DNA of 64,000 nucleotides, taken from IMG/VR virus record IMGVR_UViG_3300023110_000026; one strand, written 5' to 3'. Made by a program: the position numbers and the translations under genes. The notes below the pieces were generated by a model. That model ran no database searches. It worked only from the letters and a program-made list of their open reading frames with translations, and had not been told where the DNA came from. Below are positions 9,712-18,747 of the stretch, piece after piece. This DNA comes from an uncultured virus (IMG/VR IMGVR_UViG_3300023110_000026) (lineage: Duplodnaviria > Heunggongvirae > Uroviricota > Caudoviricetes). Position 1 is the stretch's first letter, and each line of letters starts with the position of its first letter.

Positions 9712-11778
9712 TTATTTTCTGATTCCAGCAAGTGTTTTGATTCTATTTAGATCTTCGTTTGTCTTACGTAGTGCTTTTTTCACACCAGGGTGATCTGATA
9801 AACCTTTTGCAATTTTTTCAATTGTATCAACAGCACCACTATAATTTCCGCCTTTGTAGCGTTTATCGTTTAGCACACCATAAGCCATTTTAATTTGTTT
9901 ATCGCTAAACCCGTGGTTGTCTTTTTCAGCACCCTTTTCTTCCTCTACTTCGTCGCCAAGTTGTACCTTATTCCCGGTCAGTTTGGATACAAACTTTTCA
10001 ACTAGATCCCCTACGGAATCACCAAAACGCTTACGAGCGGAAATAACCACGCCTGTTTCGCCTTTTGGAAACGCTCCAGTTTCTTTGTCATAGAATGAGC
10101 GAACAAACTCTAATACTTCTTCTGCAGAAGATTTAGTGTCTTTAGGTTCTTCTTCTTGTCCAGCAAGACTCATAGAACCGTCTTTACCAATTACAACATC
10201 TGTTGTATCTGCTTCAGACATATCACCAAAGTCTAAGTCATCCATAGCCTCTGGCATATTGTTTTTAACATAAGAGTAAATCAAAGGTTTAGCATCAGCA
10301 TCAGCATCTTTTTCTGCTAGTGCTTTGATGTCATTTACAAATGTTATATCATCAATGATTCCTTCTAAACTGCTAATTGCGTTTGTTCCATCTGGACCAA
10401 CTGGTAGGTCTCTTTGTAGAAGTTTGTTTAATACAGCAATACGTTGGTTGTCTAAGTTTTCGTCAACAACATCGTTTGCCCATGATTCAAATTCATCAAT
10501 GTCTTCACCGTGTGCGTATTTGTTATCACGGTTTGCCCATCGATCGTCTGCATCTTCTTGTGCCGCGGCCATAAGTTCGTCTGGATCTTGCATTTCAAGA
10601 TCCGTATCAGCATCGTAGCCTAGTTTGCTATTACCGTCCATAGCACAACTTAAATGAAATGACTTTGGATGTACAACTGGTCTGCCGTCAACTATTGTTG
10701 CTGTGTAATAAAGAGTACAGCCTGTAGTTTCACCGTCATCACCTACACCCTCGAAATCAACTTCACCATCAAAATGCTCTGGATCAAATCCTTCGTTAGC
10801 AAGTTTATCAAGATCTACTGTTGTTTCACTAATACGCTTTTGATGAATACTGTGTAGTAATGGGAACATATCAGTTAGGTCCTCATTAAATTGAGGAATA
10901 GTAAATGCATTGGTTAGATCGTTTACAACGTCATCACCCAATTGGTTGTCCATATCAGTTGCGACAAAGTTTTCTTTTTGTTGTGTATAGTATGATTGGG
11001 TTTGTAATTTTTTAATGTGTGTTCTTAGGTTTTCAAGTTCAGCATTACTACCTTCAATAATATCATTTGAAGTTTGATTCATAAAGTCTTTGTTTTGTAC
11101 ATATCTTTTGAACGCTGTTAGTTTAGCAATGTTTGATGAAGTTTCAATAATGTGTTTACCAAACTCATCATGTGGAAGTCCGCCGTTTGCAACGTGACGT
11201 GACATTGCTCTAGCACCTGCTAAGTGATTGTATGGATACTTAAATCTTTCTCCTGCTTCGTTTTCAATAAAAAGTGTTTGAATATTTCTAGCACGAGCAC
11301 CCATTTGCTCTGCATTAATTTCCTTTTTATGTCTAATAATTAATCTTGTTCTATCTAAGTTTTCATAACTAGATTTTGTAGTACCATACATTGCTGACTC
11401 CTGAACTTTATTTCCTAAATATTTATAGTCACGTTTGTCTAAATTACTTTTAGCAATATCCTTAGCATCAAATCCCATCATATGTTTCTTAGAAAAGAAT
11501 CTCATATCTTTTAAGAAATCATACCATGCATCTTCTGTTGCTTCGTTAGCGTTTTCGAGCATTCCCTGGCTAAAATACAGTTTTAATGTATCAGGATCCT
11601 TAATGCTTATGCTTACAGCACCTTGATTCTCTCCATCGACTACATAGTCAAAATCAAAGAATCGTGCCTTGCTCTCCTCGCTAGTAGGAGCACCGTTTTC
11701 GTCACCCATTTCAATGCGTGGAAAACGTGATCTAATTTTCTCAAATAGAGATGATGCTATTGAATCTAAACCCTTCAT
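9712..11778 (-). CDS. Large acidic hypothetical protein, probable internal head/morphogenesis protein (start re-called to ATG 11778)
   Basis: Follows terminase; perfect TATAAATA lies just before ATG 11778; many [LIVF]xE sites; ends RIKTLAGIRK. Confidence 0.65.
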   Translation of the reverse strand: MKGLDSIASSLFEKIRSRFPRIEMGDENGAPTSEESKARFFDFDYVVDGENQGAVSISIKDPDTLKLYFSQGMLENANEATEDAWYDFLKDMRFFSKKHMMGFDAKDIAKSNLDKRDYKYLGNKVQESAMYGTTKSSYENLDRTRLIIRHKKEINAEQMGARARNIQTLFIENEAGERFKYPYNHLAGARAMSRHVANGGLPHDEFGKHIIETSSNIAKLTAFKRYVQNKDFMNQTSNDIIEGSNAELENLRTHIKKLQTQSYYTQQKENFVATDMDNQLGDDVVNDLTNAFTIPQFNEDLTDMFPLLHSIHQKRISETTVDLDKLANEGFDPEHFDGEVDFEGVGDDGETTGCTLYYTATIVDGRPVVHPKSFHLSCAMDGNSKLGYDADTDLEMQDPDELMAAAQEDADDRWANRDNKYAHGEDIDEFESWANDVVDENLDNQRIAVLNKLLQRDLPVGPDGTNAISSLEGIIDDITFVNDIKALAEKDADADAKPLIYSYVKNNMPEAMDDLDFGDMSEADTTDVVIGKDGSMSLAGQEEEPKDTKSSAEEVLEFVRSFYDKETGAFPKGETGVVISARKRFGDSVGDLVEKFVSKLTGNKVQLGDEVEEEKGAEKDNHGFSDKQIKMAYGVLNDKRYKGGNYSGAVDTIEKIAKGLSDHPGVKKALRKTNEDLNRIKTLAGIRK

Positions 11779-11783
11779 ATATG

Positions 11784-11791
11784 TATTTATA
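11784..11791 (-). promoter_or_regulatory. Full T4 late promoter TATAAATA, 5 nt before ATG 11778
   Basis: TATAAATA-CATAT-ATG. Confidence 0.8.
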
Positions 11792-11794
11792 CTA

Positions 11795-13384
11795 TTAGAA
11801 AGAAACAAACACCGGCATTGGTGTTATCATTTCTGTGTCTAAGTCCTTCATTTTCTCGTAAATTGCTGGATCCCAATCCGCTAATATTTGTTGCATTCGA
11901 ACGTTAAGCAATGTAGCACTAACAAGGTCATCGTGTTCCCCTGTCTTAGCACCAAATGTAGTGCCGTGTGCTACATATGCTTTAAGTTCTGAAATAAGCG
12001 GTTTACTTTTAATTTTTAGTTTGCTTGTTTCTAGCAAGTGCTTAAATTTAGCACAAGCACTCATTTTAGTTTTGTGTGTTGTATTAAATCCTTTTCTAAA
12101 CTTTCGCACATGGCCTTTTCTAATAGGCTCACTCAAAAACATACCGTAAATGTTTTCTTCACCGTAGTCATTGATGGTCACTAGTGCGGCTTCGCCTATG
12201 GCGTTATTTTCGACTGAATAATACACCTGAGGCAAACTGCCAGACAGTTCTTCGCATTGTTCTTTTATATTTTTTGTTATATCTGCTAATATCCTGACTT
12301 GCCCTTGGATAGGTGTAGTGTTGTGTTGCCACTCTGCTACTTGTTCAAAAGTAGGTAATTCAAATACTTGAATTGCCGCATAGTCTCCTCCTGTACCTAA
12401 ACTTGGGTCCATACTTACAACATACGTCATCTTAGGATTACAATCTTTATACCACCTAGTCTGACCCATTCTTTTTGAAGGTTCTAAACCTTCAAGTTCT
12501 GCAAGTCGAACACTGTTGATTAATGTTTCGTCAAAGATTAAGAATTCACATTCGTGTTCTCGACGGAAACGTTCTTCACCAATACGTGATTTTTCTTCAG
12601 CCGCCCATTGATCATCTCGATCTGGATGTTCACTCCAATGAGCAGTAAACGCATAAAAGCCATTGATACCAACTTCAGTATCATTACCATGTTCGTCAAA
12701 TCTTTTTGTTGCTTCAGTCCAAATAAGTGCAAATTGATCTTCGTCACTGTTTGGTGTTGAAGTAATAATTGCTTTACCACCTGTTGCTAGTGTAGGTGAA
12801 ATAGCAGTCCAGAATTCTTTAGCAATAGTAGGATTAACGAATGCAAACTCATCACAGTATAGTAAAGATATTGACATACCTCGTCCCGTGTTGTCTGTGG
12901 TTGTTTGTGATACAATACGTGATCCGTTATCAAATTCCATTGATCCCTTGTTATACGATACAACACCGCAACGTATATGATCTGGACAGTCTTCATATGC
13001 ATATCTTATTCTATGCATGATTTCTTGAGCGCCTGCATACTTGTGTGCCGCAATAAGCACAGTCACATCAGGGTTAAACATTGCGTACCATAATAGATAT
13101 CCTGCCGCCGTTGTAGACTTACCTGTCTGTCTTGGTAGCATATTAATATTAAATCTATAACTGTGATATGAATCTACAAGTCTTTCTTGGAATTCAAAAG
13201 GTTGAAACAACAACTTACCTTTAGTAGGATGTTGAATGTAAAAGAAGTTATCCATAAAGTACTTGGGTCCAGTAGTTGGATCCATGCAGGCTTTAAGGTC
13301 TTCAATTTGTTCTTTTGTATATCTTGTCTTACTGTGTGCTTTTTTAACTAGTACACCGTCAAGACTTTTTCCTGTCTGTGCCAT
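11795..13384 (-). CDS. Terminase large subunit (gp17-like)
   Basis: Q-motif FQERL, Walker A PRQTGKS, Walker B LLYCDE, TSTPN, nuclease SMDPSLG..DYA and HDDLV. Confidence 0.96.
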   Translation of the reverse strand: MAQTGKSLDGVLVKKAHSKTRYTKEQIEDLKACMDPTTGPKYFMDNFFYIQHPTKGKLLFQPFEFQERLVDSYHSYRFNINMLPRQTGKSTTAAGYLLWYAMFNPDVTVLIAAHKYAGAQEIMHRIRYAYEDCPDHIRCGVVSYNKGSMEFDNGSRIVSQTTTDNTGRGMSISLLYCDEFAFVNPTIAKEFWTAISPTLATGGKAIITSTPNSDEDQFALIWTEATKRFDEHGNDTEVGINGFYAFTAHWSEHPDRDDQWAAEEKSRIGEERFRREHECEFLIFDETLINSVRLAELEGLEPSKRMGQTRWYKDCNPKMTYVVSMDPSLGTGGDYAAIQVFELPTFEQVAEWQHNTTPIQGQVRILADITKNIKEQCEELSGSLPQVYYSVENNAIGEAALVTINDYGEENIYGMFLSEPIRKGHVRKFRKGFNTTHKTKMSACAKFKHLLETSKLKIKSKPLISELKAYVAHGTTFGAKTGEHDDLVSATLLNVRMQQILADWDPAIYEKMKDLDTEMITPMPVFVSF

Positions 13385-13389
13385 ACTAA

Positions 13390-13395
13390 TATTTA
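13390..13395 (-). promoter_or_regulatory. Late promoter TAAATA, 5 nt before terminase ATG
   Basis: TAAATA-TTAGT-ATG. Confidence 0.7.
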
Positions 13396-13411
13396 GTGAG
13401 GTTTTGTGGGG

Positions 13412-13585
13412 TTAAGAGTTTTTCTTTGCCATCTTAGTTGCAGTAGCATACATTACTGCTTCTGCATCTTTGCCATAGCGGTCTTTAAAATCGCCTTTGG
13501 CTTTTTTCATACCTTTGACGTATTTTTCTTTGGTCTTTTCTTCTTTCTTAGAAAGTTTACGTTCTGTTAGTTCGTATATACGCAT
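13412..13585 (-). CDS. 57 aa basic hypothetical protein (below ORF-track cutoff)
   Basis: ATG overlaps upstream TAA; MRIYELTERKLSKKEEKTKEKYVKGMKKAKGDFKDRYGKDAEAVMYATATKMAKKNS fills the gap. Confidence 0.75.
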   Translation of the reverse strand: MRIYELTERKLSKKEEKTKEKYVKGMKKAKGDFKDRYGKDAEAVMYATATKMAKKNS

Positions 13586-15690
13586 TATGGAACAAGGGTA
13601 ATGCCGCTTGGTGACACTCCTCTACTTGCTCCCGGACCTTTTGCCGCAGTTTGAAGAGCCTTCCAAACAGCAGAAACATCGTCAACTTCTTTTCCAACAT
13701 TTTTAAGAAGATTAATAACTTCTCTATTTTTTGGATCTAAAAATAGTGATTCGCCAGTTTTTAAGTTTTTAACAACAACTTGTCCTACATTATTTAAATC
13801 TACCATTAACTCAGATCCTTTAACAGCCTTGTGTGCTTCTGCCGCTTTTGCAGTAAGTTTTTTAACTTCTGCAAGGATTTCAGCACTTGTTTTTTCTGTT
13901 GCTTGTGTTGCTTGAGCAAGTTTTTTTGAATTAACAAGTTCGTCAACAATACCTTTTCCTAAGTCTTGCATTTCTTTTGCTTTTTTTGCTTTAGCCGATA
14001 ATGCAAGTTTAGAACCAATTTTTATGCCTCCGCCGCCAACAAAAGTTAACCCAACAAAGAAGTAGAAACTATTAAGTTCACTTTCCATTGCTGGATCCGG
14101 ACCGTCGCCATTATCTTGTGTAAATTGACACCAACCTGGTTTAAAGTATTTGTTTTGTTTATAGAATGCACCGCATTGTGCAGATGATTCTCTAGTGCCA
14201 CTAAGTCCAAATGGAATAGCATCAACAAAAATGCTAAAGTCGTTTCCGGCTTGTTCGTACATATTAATTGCTTGATCAACTGTAAGATATACGCCGCCGA
14301 CAAATAATAAAGCGCCAAGGACAAACCAGATCCACTCGGTTAAAATTTCTTCTTCAGTTAAGGTTTCTAGATATTGTTTGTCGTAGCCTGACTCAATTAA
14401 ATTTTTTTTTTGGTCTGCTGTTGACAGTGTTAAACTTTCATTTATGAACGAAATGTAGTCGCTCCTGAGTGCTTCTTCAATATCTTCAAGTGGGTTATCT
14501 CCCTGCTTTGAAAACTTGCGAGGCAATTTCTTAAGTTCTGTCTTACCGTATTCATCTTCTAATTCTTCGTCTGAATACTTTTCGCCTTCTTTCTCATTGC
14601 CCATTGAGTTAGCATAACCTTCTTGTTGTGCAGGATCTTTAACACGTAAGTCTTGTGGATGCTTACTGCCGTTTAGTCCATTAAGTCCTGCTAGTCTAGT
14701 AATGTCTTCAACATCACTGTACTGTTCGTTAGGCTGATTTTCGTATTCTGCTTCTTCTGTGTCTCCACAACCGCAGTTGCCGTTAATGTTGTCATCACCT
14801 TTCATAGTCATGTCAGGTGCATCATCTTGTGGCATCATGTCTTGGCTTACTGGTTTCATTCCAGCAAGTTGCATAATTCTTTGTAGTGCTGGTAAGTCTT
14901 CTGGACTATCAGCAGTAATAGTAATTGCTTCGTTTACTGATTCTTTCATTGCTTTGTTTTTAGCATAGCAATCGCAGTGTTCACAATCTGGACCGCATTT
15001 ACATTCTGTGACTGGCTTACCGCAACAAGCCTTTGGACACATCTCAACGCCTTCTTTAACAGGTCCTTTTTTCTTTTTATCTTTAAGTGCCTTTTTCATA
15101 GGCTCTTTTTTGTCGCCATCTTTATCAAAGTCTAAGTAATCTGGTTTTGCTTTCTTACCTTCTTCAACCGACTCGTGTTCAATGCTTTCAAAGTTCCCTT
15201 GATTTAAGTTCCACTTCAAATACTCTTGTGCATTATTGAACTTAATCTTTTGTCCATTAATGTTCATCTCTTGAGGAAATGGAATTGTTTGATTTTTTCC
15301 TGTTGGAGTTTTAAATGTAATGCGTTTTAAATCATCAGCAATGTCTACAATCTCTCCACTGCCGAACACCTTTTTACCAATAAGTTTAGCAAATCTGCTA
15401 GTAGGTGCTTGTGCTTTCTGTGCGTTAGGGTTAGGTTGTACTGGCTTACCTGGTGTTGTTTGTGTTTGTGGTGTTGTTTGTGTGCGTGTATTGACAGTAG
15501 CCGCATCTAATTCATCAAATGCACCCGCCGCTCTTGCTCTCATTGCATCCGCTTGTTGTTTAGTTAGCGGTGCTTCATTAACACTACCGTTCATGCGTGT
15601 TGTATTATCGATTGCATCCACTACGTTAGGATTCTTTGCATCTAGTTCACGTAATCTTTTTAATACATCATGCATTTCAAATGTTGCCAT
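13585..15690 (-). CDS. Modular hypothetical protein, probable internal head protein with C-terminal hydrophobic segments
   Basis: 701 aa; repeated SVNEA-like sites, two LAG motifs, a Cys cluster, DFDKDGD and two hydrophobic helices. Confidence 0.65.
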   Translation of the reverse strand: MATFEMHDVLKRLRELDAKNPNVVDAIDNTTRMNGSVNEAPLTKQQADAMRARAAGAFDELDAATVNTRTQTTPQTQTTPGKPVQPNPNAQKAQAPTSRFAKLIGKKVFGSGEIVDIADDLKRITFKTPTGKNQTIPFPQEMNINGQKIKFNNAQEYLKWNLNQGNFESIEHESVEEGKKAKPDYLDFDKDGDKKEPMKKALKDKKKKGPVKEGVEMCPKACCGKPVTECKCGPDCEHCDCYAKNKAMKESVNEAITITADSPEDLPALQRIMQLAGMKPVSQDMMPQDDAPDMTMKGDDNINGNCGCGDTEEAEYENQPNEQYSDVEDITRLAGLNGLNGSKHPQDLRVKDPAQQEGYANSMGNEKEGEKYSDEELEDEYGKTELKKLPRKFSKQGDNPLEDIEEALRSDYISFINESLTLSTADQKKNLIESGYDKQYLETLTEEEILTEWIWFVLGALLFVGGVYLTVDQAINMYEQAGNDFSIFVDAIPFGLSGTRESSAQCGAFYKQNKYFKPGWCQFTQDNGDGPDPAMESELNSFYFFVGLTFVGGGGIKIGSKLALSAKAKKAKEMQDLGKGIVDELVNSKKLAQATQATEKTSAEILAEVKKLTAKAAEAHKAVKGSELMVDLNNVGQVVVKNLKTGESLFLDPKNREVINLLKNVGKEVDDVSAVWKALQTAAKGPGASRGVSPSGITLVP

Positions 15691-15692
15691 AA

Positions 15693-16187
15693 TTATTCCC
15701 CTGATTGTCTTTCTTTTGCTTCTTTAGCAAGACTTTGTAAAAACGTTTCTTTACCTTTTTCTGTGACAACTAACTCATCTTTATTAACATCAGGTGCATC
15801 TTTGTATTCTGGATCACCAAGTTTTGCTTCGTATGGCTTATTGTCTGATTCTTTTTGCATTTCCTCATAGTCTTCACCTGGCTTACGAACTCTTAAGTTC
15901 TCAACACTTACATTACAGAAATTTGCAATGTAATGTCTTAGGTGATCCTGTGTTGTAGGATAGTTTAAAGTAGTTTCATAAACTGTGACTTCTGAGTTTG
16001 GATTTTGTGGAAAGTCTAAAGGTAAACTTTGAATAGGAGTTTTTTTACCTGAAGATAGATTAGCAATTTCAAACTTTTTAAGTGCAGTTTCTAAACGGTC
16101 GTCAAACCCTTCAGGTAATTCGCCCGCCAGTTTAATAACAAAATCGTATTGTTTTGATGCTTCTGCAAGATACTTTTTAAAATCCAT
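15693..16187 (-). CDS. Hypothetical protein with capsid-targeting-like N-terminus
   Basis: MDFKKYLAE resembles the T4 CTS MKTYQEFIAE; SD AGGAG; TAAATA at 16210..16215. Confidence 0.6.
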   Translation of the reverse strand: MDFKKYLAEASKQYDFVIKLAGELPEGFDDRLETALKKFEIANLSSGKKTPIQSLPLDFPQNPNSEVTVYETTLNYPTTQDHLRHYIANFCNVSVENLRVRKPGEDYEEMQKESDNKPYEAKLGDPEYKDAPDVNKDELVVTEKGKETFLQSLAKEAKERQSGE

Positions 16188-16208
16188 GTTAACTCCTAAT
16201 ATATACAG

Positions 16209-16700
16209 TTATTTATCTTCTTTCTTATTTAAAATCTCTTCTATGAGCGAGTTGCGATCTATGATAATGCCCTCACTATCAACAGTATTAGCGCCATCGC
16301 CCATTTTTTGGTCTAATGATTGCTTTTTAAGTTGTAATTCAATCATTTTTAACTTTTTATCCATTTTTTGGCTCTTAGCATCAATAGCATTTTTAAGCAT
16401 AGTACCTGCTACTTCAAAAATACGTCCTGCATAGCGGCTTTCTACATTCATACCCAGATCCATTAGATCTTCATATGTAGTTTTGGCTTTATCTGCTAGT
16501 TCATCTAGTTCTTTATCTGCTAATTCACCAAGTCCTTTAACCATAGGAAGTGCCGCCGATATTTTATCAAACTCTGCAATGCTACGTTCCATTTGTTTGG
16601 TTTGTTTAATTGTATTAACGTCTGGAGCAGGTTCTTCAACTTGTTCCATTGTTTCTTTAACTTCTGGAAGTTCTAACAACTCTTCTAGTTTCTTTGTCAT
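16209..16700 (-). CDS. Coiled-coil protein, candidate terminase small subunit (gp16-like)
   Basis: 163 aa, helical, with SRYAGRIFEVAGTMLKNAIDA and terminal IIDRNSLIEEIL; size and context fit, but not proven. Confidence 0.45.
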   Translation of the reverse strand: MTKKLEELLELPEVKETMEQVEEPAPDVNTIKQTKQMERSIAEFDKISAALPMVKGLGELADKELDELADKAKTTYEDLMDLGMNVESRYAGRIFEVAGTMLKNAIDAKSQKMDKKLKMIELQLKKQSLDQKMGDGANTVDSEGIIIDRNSLIEEILNKKEDK

Positions 16701-16705
16701 ACTAT

Positions 16706-16711
16706 TACTTA
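16706..16711 (-). promoter_or_regulatory. Variant late promoter TAAGTA, 5 nt before ATG 16700
   Basis: TAAGTA-ATAGT-ATG. Confidence 0.5.
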
Positions 16712-17149
16712 CCTTCTTTTGCCTTGGTGGAATAAATCTTTTTCTGTCACAATCCTAAAAAACACGCCATTTTGTTTAGCATACTTTGCCGCGGCTTCCC
16801 ATTTTGCTTTATTTTTAATAAACTGTGCTTGATTATATGTATTCTTACCAACACTTTCACGTACAGTTTGATTCTCTGGTTTTATTTCAATTATTTCTGC
16901 TTTTGTTTTTCCTTTTTTATTAGCATACACAATAAAAAAGTCTGGAACATAAATTGTATACTTTCCTGTAAGAGGATCTCTATAAGGTATCTTTATACTT
17001 TCACTTGCCCATTTTGCAATAGCAGGATGTTCGTCACACATTTTCATAAAGTGCCATTCCCAACTACTGCGGTACATTGGTGTTTTTATCCCAACATACT
17101 TGTCGGGATTTTTCATTTCAAATCTGCCTTGAGCAAACTTTAAGGCCAT
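16709..17149 (-). CDS. Head completion nuclease (T4 gp4-like, PD-(D/E)xK)
   Basis: NPDKYVG, YRSSWE, WASE..IPY, YVPDF, EIKP, NKAKWEAA, TEKDL. Confidence 0.9.
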   Translation of the reverse strand: MALKFAQGRFEMKNPDKYVGIKTPMYRSSWEWHFMKMCDEHPAIAKWASESIKIPYRDPLTGKYTIYVPDFFIVYANKKGKTKAEIIEIKPENQTVRESVGKNTYNQAQFIKNKAKWEAAAKYAKQNGVFFRIVTEKDLFHQGKRR

Positions 17150-17151
17150 AA

Positions 17152-17532
17152 CTACTCACCACTATCAATGATGTTTCTTTTTGCACTGTTCCAAACACTT
17201 ACTCGTGCAGTACCTAATGTGCTAGACTTTGGCCTATTAATATTTAAAATTTCTCCTAAGAGATCAGTTAATTCCATATTAGGTGTTTGTCTAATTTCTT
17301 CATAAACTACCATTGGATCAAGTTCATCAATATTACACTGTGTTAAGATAATGTTTGTTGTTTCTTTTGCAGTTTCTTCGCCCATACCTTTTGATTTTAA
17401 AATATTAACAAACGCGGCAACATCTGATGTTTTTAAATTAATTTGCTGTCTATTAAAATTATTAAAAAAGTCAGTTGTTGTATCTGCACTATTGGCTGAA
17501 ACATTATTAGTGTAAATATTTTCTGTTCCCAT
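17152..17532 (-). CDS. Hypothetical protein
   Basis: 126 aa ORF in the structural operon with SD AGGA. Confidence 0.7.
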   Translation of the reverse strand: MGTENIYTNNVSANSADTTTDFFNNFNRQQINLKTSDVAAFVNILKSKGMGEETAKETTNIILTQCNIDELDPMVVYEEIRQTPNMELTDLLGEILNINRPKSSTLGTARVSVWNSAKRNIIDSGE

Positions 17533-17541
17533 AATTTATTC

Positions 17542-18678
17542 CTATTTTACAGATTCTGTACTTGCAGTAGACGAACTGTTATTTGTACCTGCGTTATTAT
17601 TTAATTGTCCGGGTTGAGTTCCTGAAGGATTACCGGCTTCTGCTTTAGTACGTTTTGCTTGATCAAACTTGTCAGCACCTTTTTGATCTAAAGTTTGTCT
17701 TGCAGTATTAGTTAAACTTTGTTCAGTAATAGCAGTGACTTCTCTTTTGATGCCTTCTTTAGTTAAATTTTTAGCATTGTCAATAGTATTTTTTGCTTTA
17801 ATAGCAGTACCAATAAAAGCAAAAGGATCAGCGAATGCAGAACCATCTGAGATACTACCAAAAACATCTAAGCCGCCAGCAAGTACTCCATTAGCACCAA
17901 ACAGTCCTCCACTACCTCCGCCCATTACACTTAATGGACTTGGTGTTCTATCATAATGCAGTGTTGCAAATCCTGTAGGATTATCTGTTGTAATTCTACC
18001 TGTTGCATATTTTACACCTTCATAGATCACAGTCATTTGATTTTCTGCAGGCTGTGAACTTCCAGCACTCATGCTTGGTGGATCCCAACTTTGTATCATT
18101 GGATTAATTAATGTAAATTCAAAAAATCTATGTCTACTTAATTGATAAATGCTTACACCTTCGTTTTGGAAAAAGTTTACATTTCTATCACTGTTTAAAC
18201 CAAACTTAACATATTGTTCTGAATTTTGATAAGGTGTTTGCTTATAAAGTTCCTGCCAATATAAACTGTCGTTGTAGTTTGCTTTAAAATACTGTTGCCA
18301 AAATGCACTTGTTAATCCGTCATTATCATCATGAAAGTTAATTGTGACTGGTGCATATGTGACTGCTGTTTGATAATTTGTTTTTTTACCGTATTGATTT
18401 TTTGTATCTGTTTGTACCTGTATTCCCGGAAGTTTTACATCTTTAACTAGCATACCACATTCAATTTGTGGACTTGCTTTATTAAAAATACCGTCAGGTG
18501 ATCTTAGTGCCGCATTTTGTATATTAAATGTGACATGATATAAAAATTGTACTTTTGGTGCAAGACGCATATAGTCGTCAGTGAACAAACGAGCCGCGTG
18601 TTGATAATCACGCATATCGCCTTCACTACCAAAAATACCTCCGAAAACATTTCCTAAAAATTTTGTTAACTTGGCCAT
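17542..18678 (-). CDS. Tail-tube-fold protein (gp54/gp48-like baseplate-tube junction)
   Basis: VKDVKLPG...NQYG...TYAPVTINFHDD parallels the tube protein motif; adjacent to tube gene. Confidence 0.65.
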   Translation of the reverse strand: MAKLTKFLGNVFGGIFGSEGDMRDYQHAARLFTDDYMRLAPKVQFLYHVTFNIQNAALRSPDGIFNKASPQIECGMLVKDVKLPGIQVQTDTKNQYGKKTNYQTAVTYAPVTINFHDDNDGLTSAFWQQYFKANYNDSLYWQELYKQTPYQNSEQYVKFGLNSDRNVNFFQNEGVSIYQLSRHRFFEFTLINPMIQSWDPPSMSAGSSQPAENQMTVIYEGVKYATGRITTDNPTGFATLHYDRTPSPLSVMGGGSGGLFGANGVLAGGLDVFGSISDGSAFADPFAFIGTAIKAKNTIDNAKNLTKEGIKREVTAITEQSLTNTARQTLDQKGADKFDQAKRTKAEAGNPSGTQPGQLNNNAGTNNSSSTASTESVK

Positions 18679-18683
18679 ACTAT

Positions 18684-18689
18684 TATTTA
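18684..18689 (-). promoter_or_regulatory. Late promoter TAAATA, 5 nt before ATG 18678
   Basis: TAAATA-ATAGT-ATG immediately after the terminator. Confidence 0.7.
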
Positions 18690-18694
18690 GTCGT

Positions 18695-18730
18695 AAAAAA
18701 AGGCCGGCGATTTTTACGTCACCGACCTTA
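18695..18730 (-). terminator. Rho-independent terminator after tail tube gene
   Basis: Minus strand AAGGTCGGTGA-CGTAAAAA-TCGCCGGCCTT followed by a T run. Confidence 0.85.
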
Positions 18731-18747
18731 AATTTTAATTATAGTTA

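Noticed and set aside
6799..13384. Intein or intron in uvsX or terminase
   Set aside because: Both have normal length, contiguous motifs and no splicing signatures
15450..15485. Short direct repeat (ggtgttgtttgtgt twice)
   Set aside because: Encodes a TQTTP linker duplication inside a CDS; no evidence of a regulatory role
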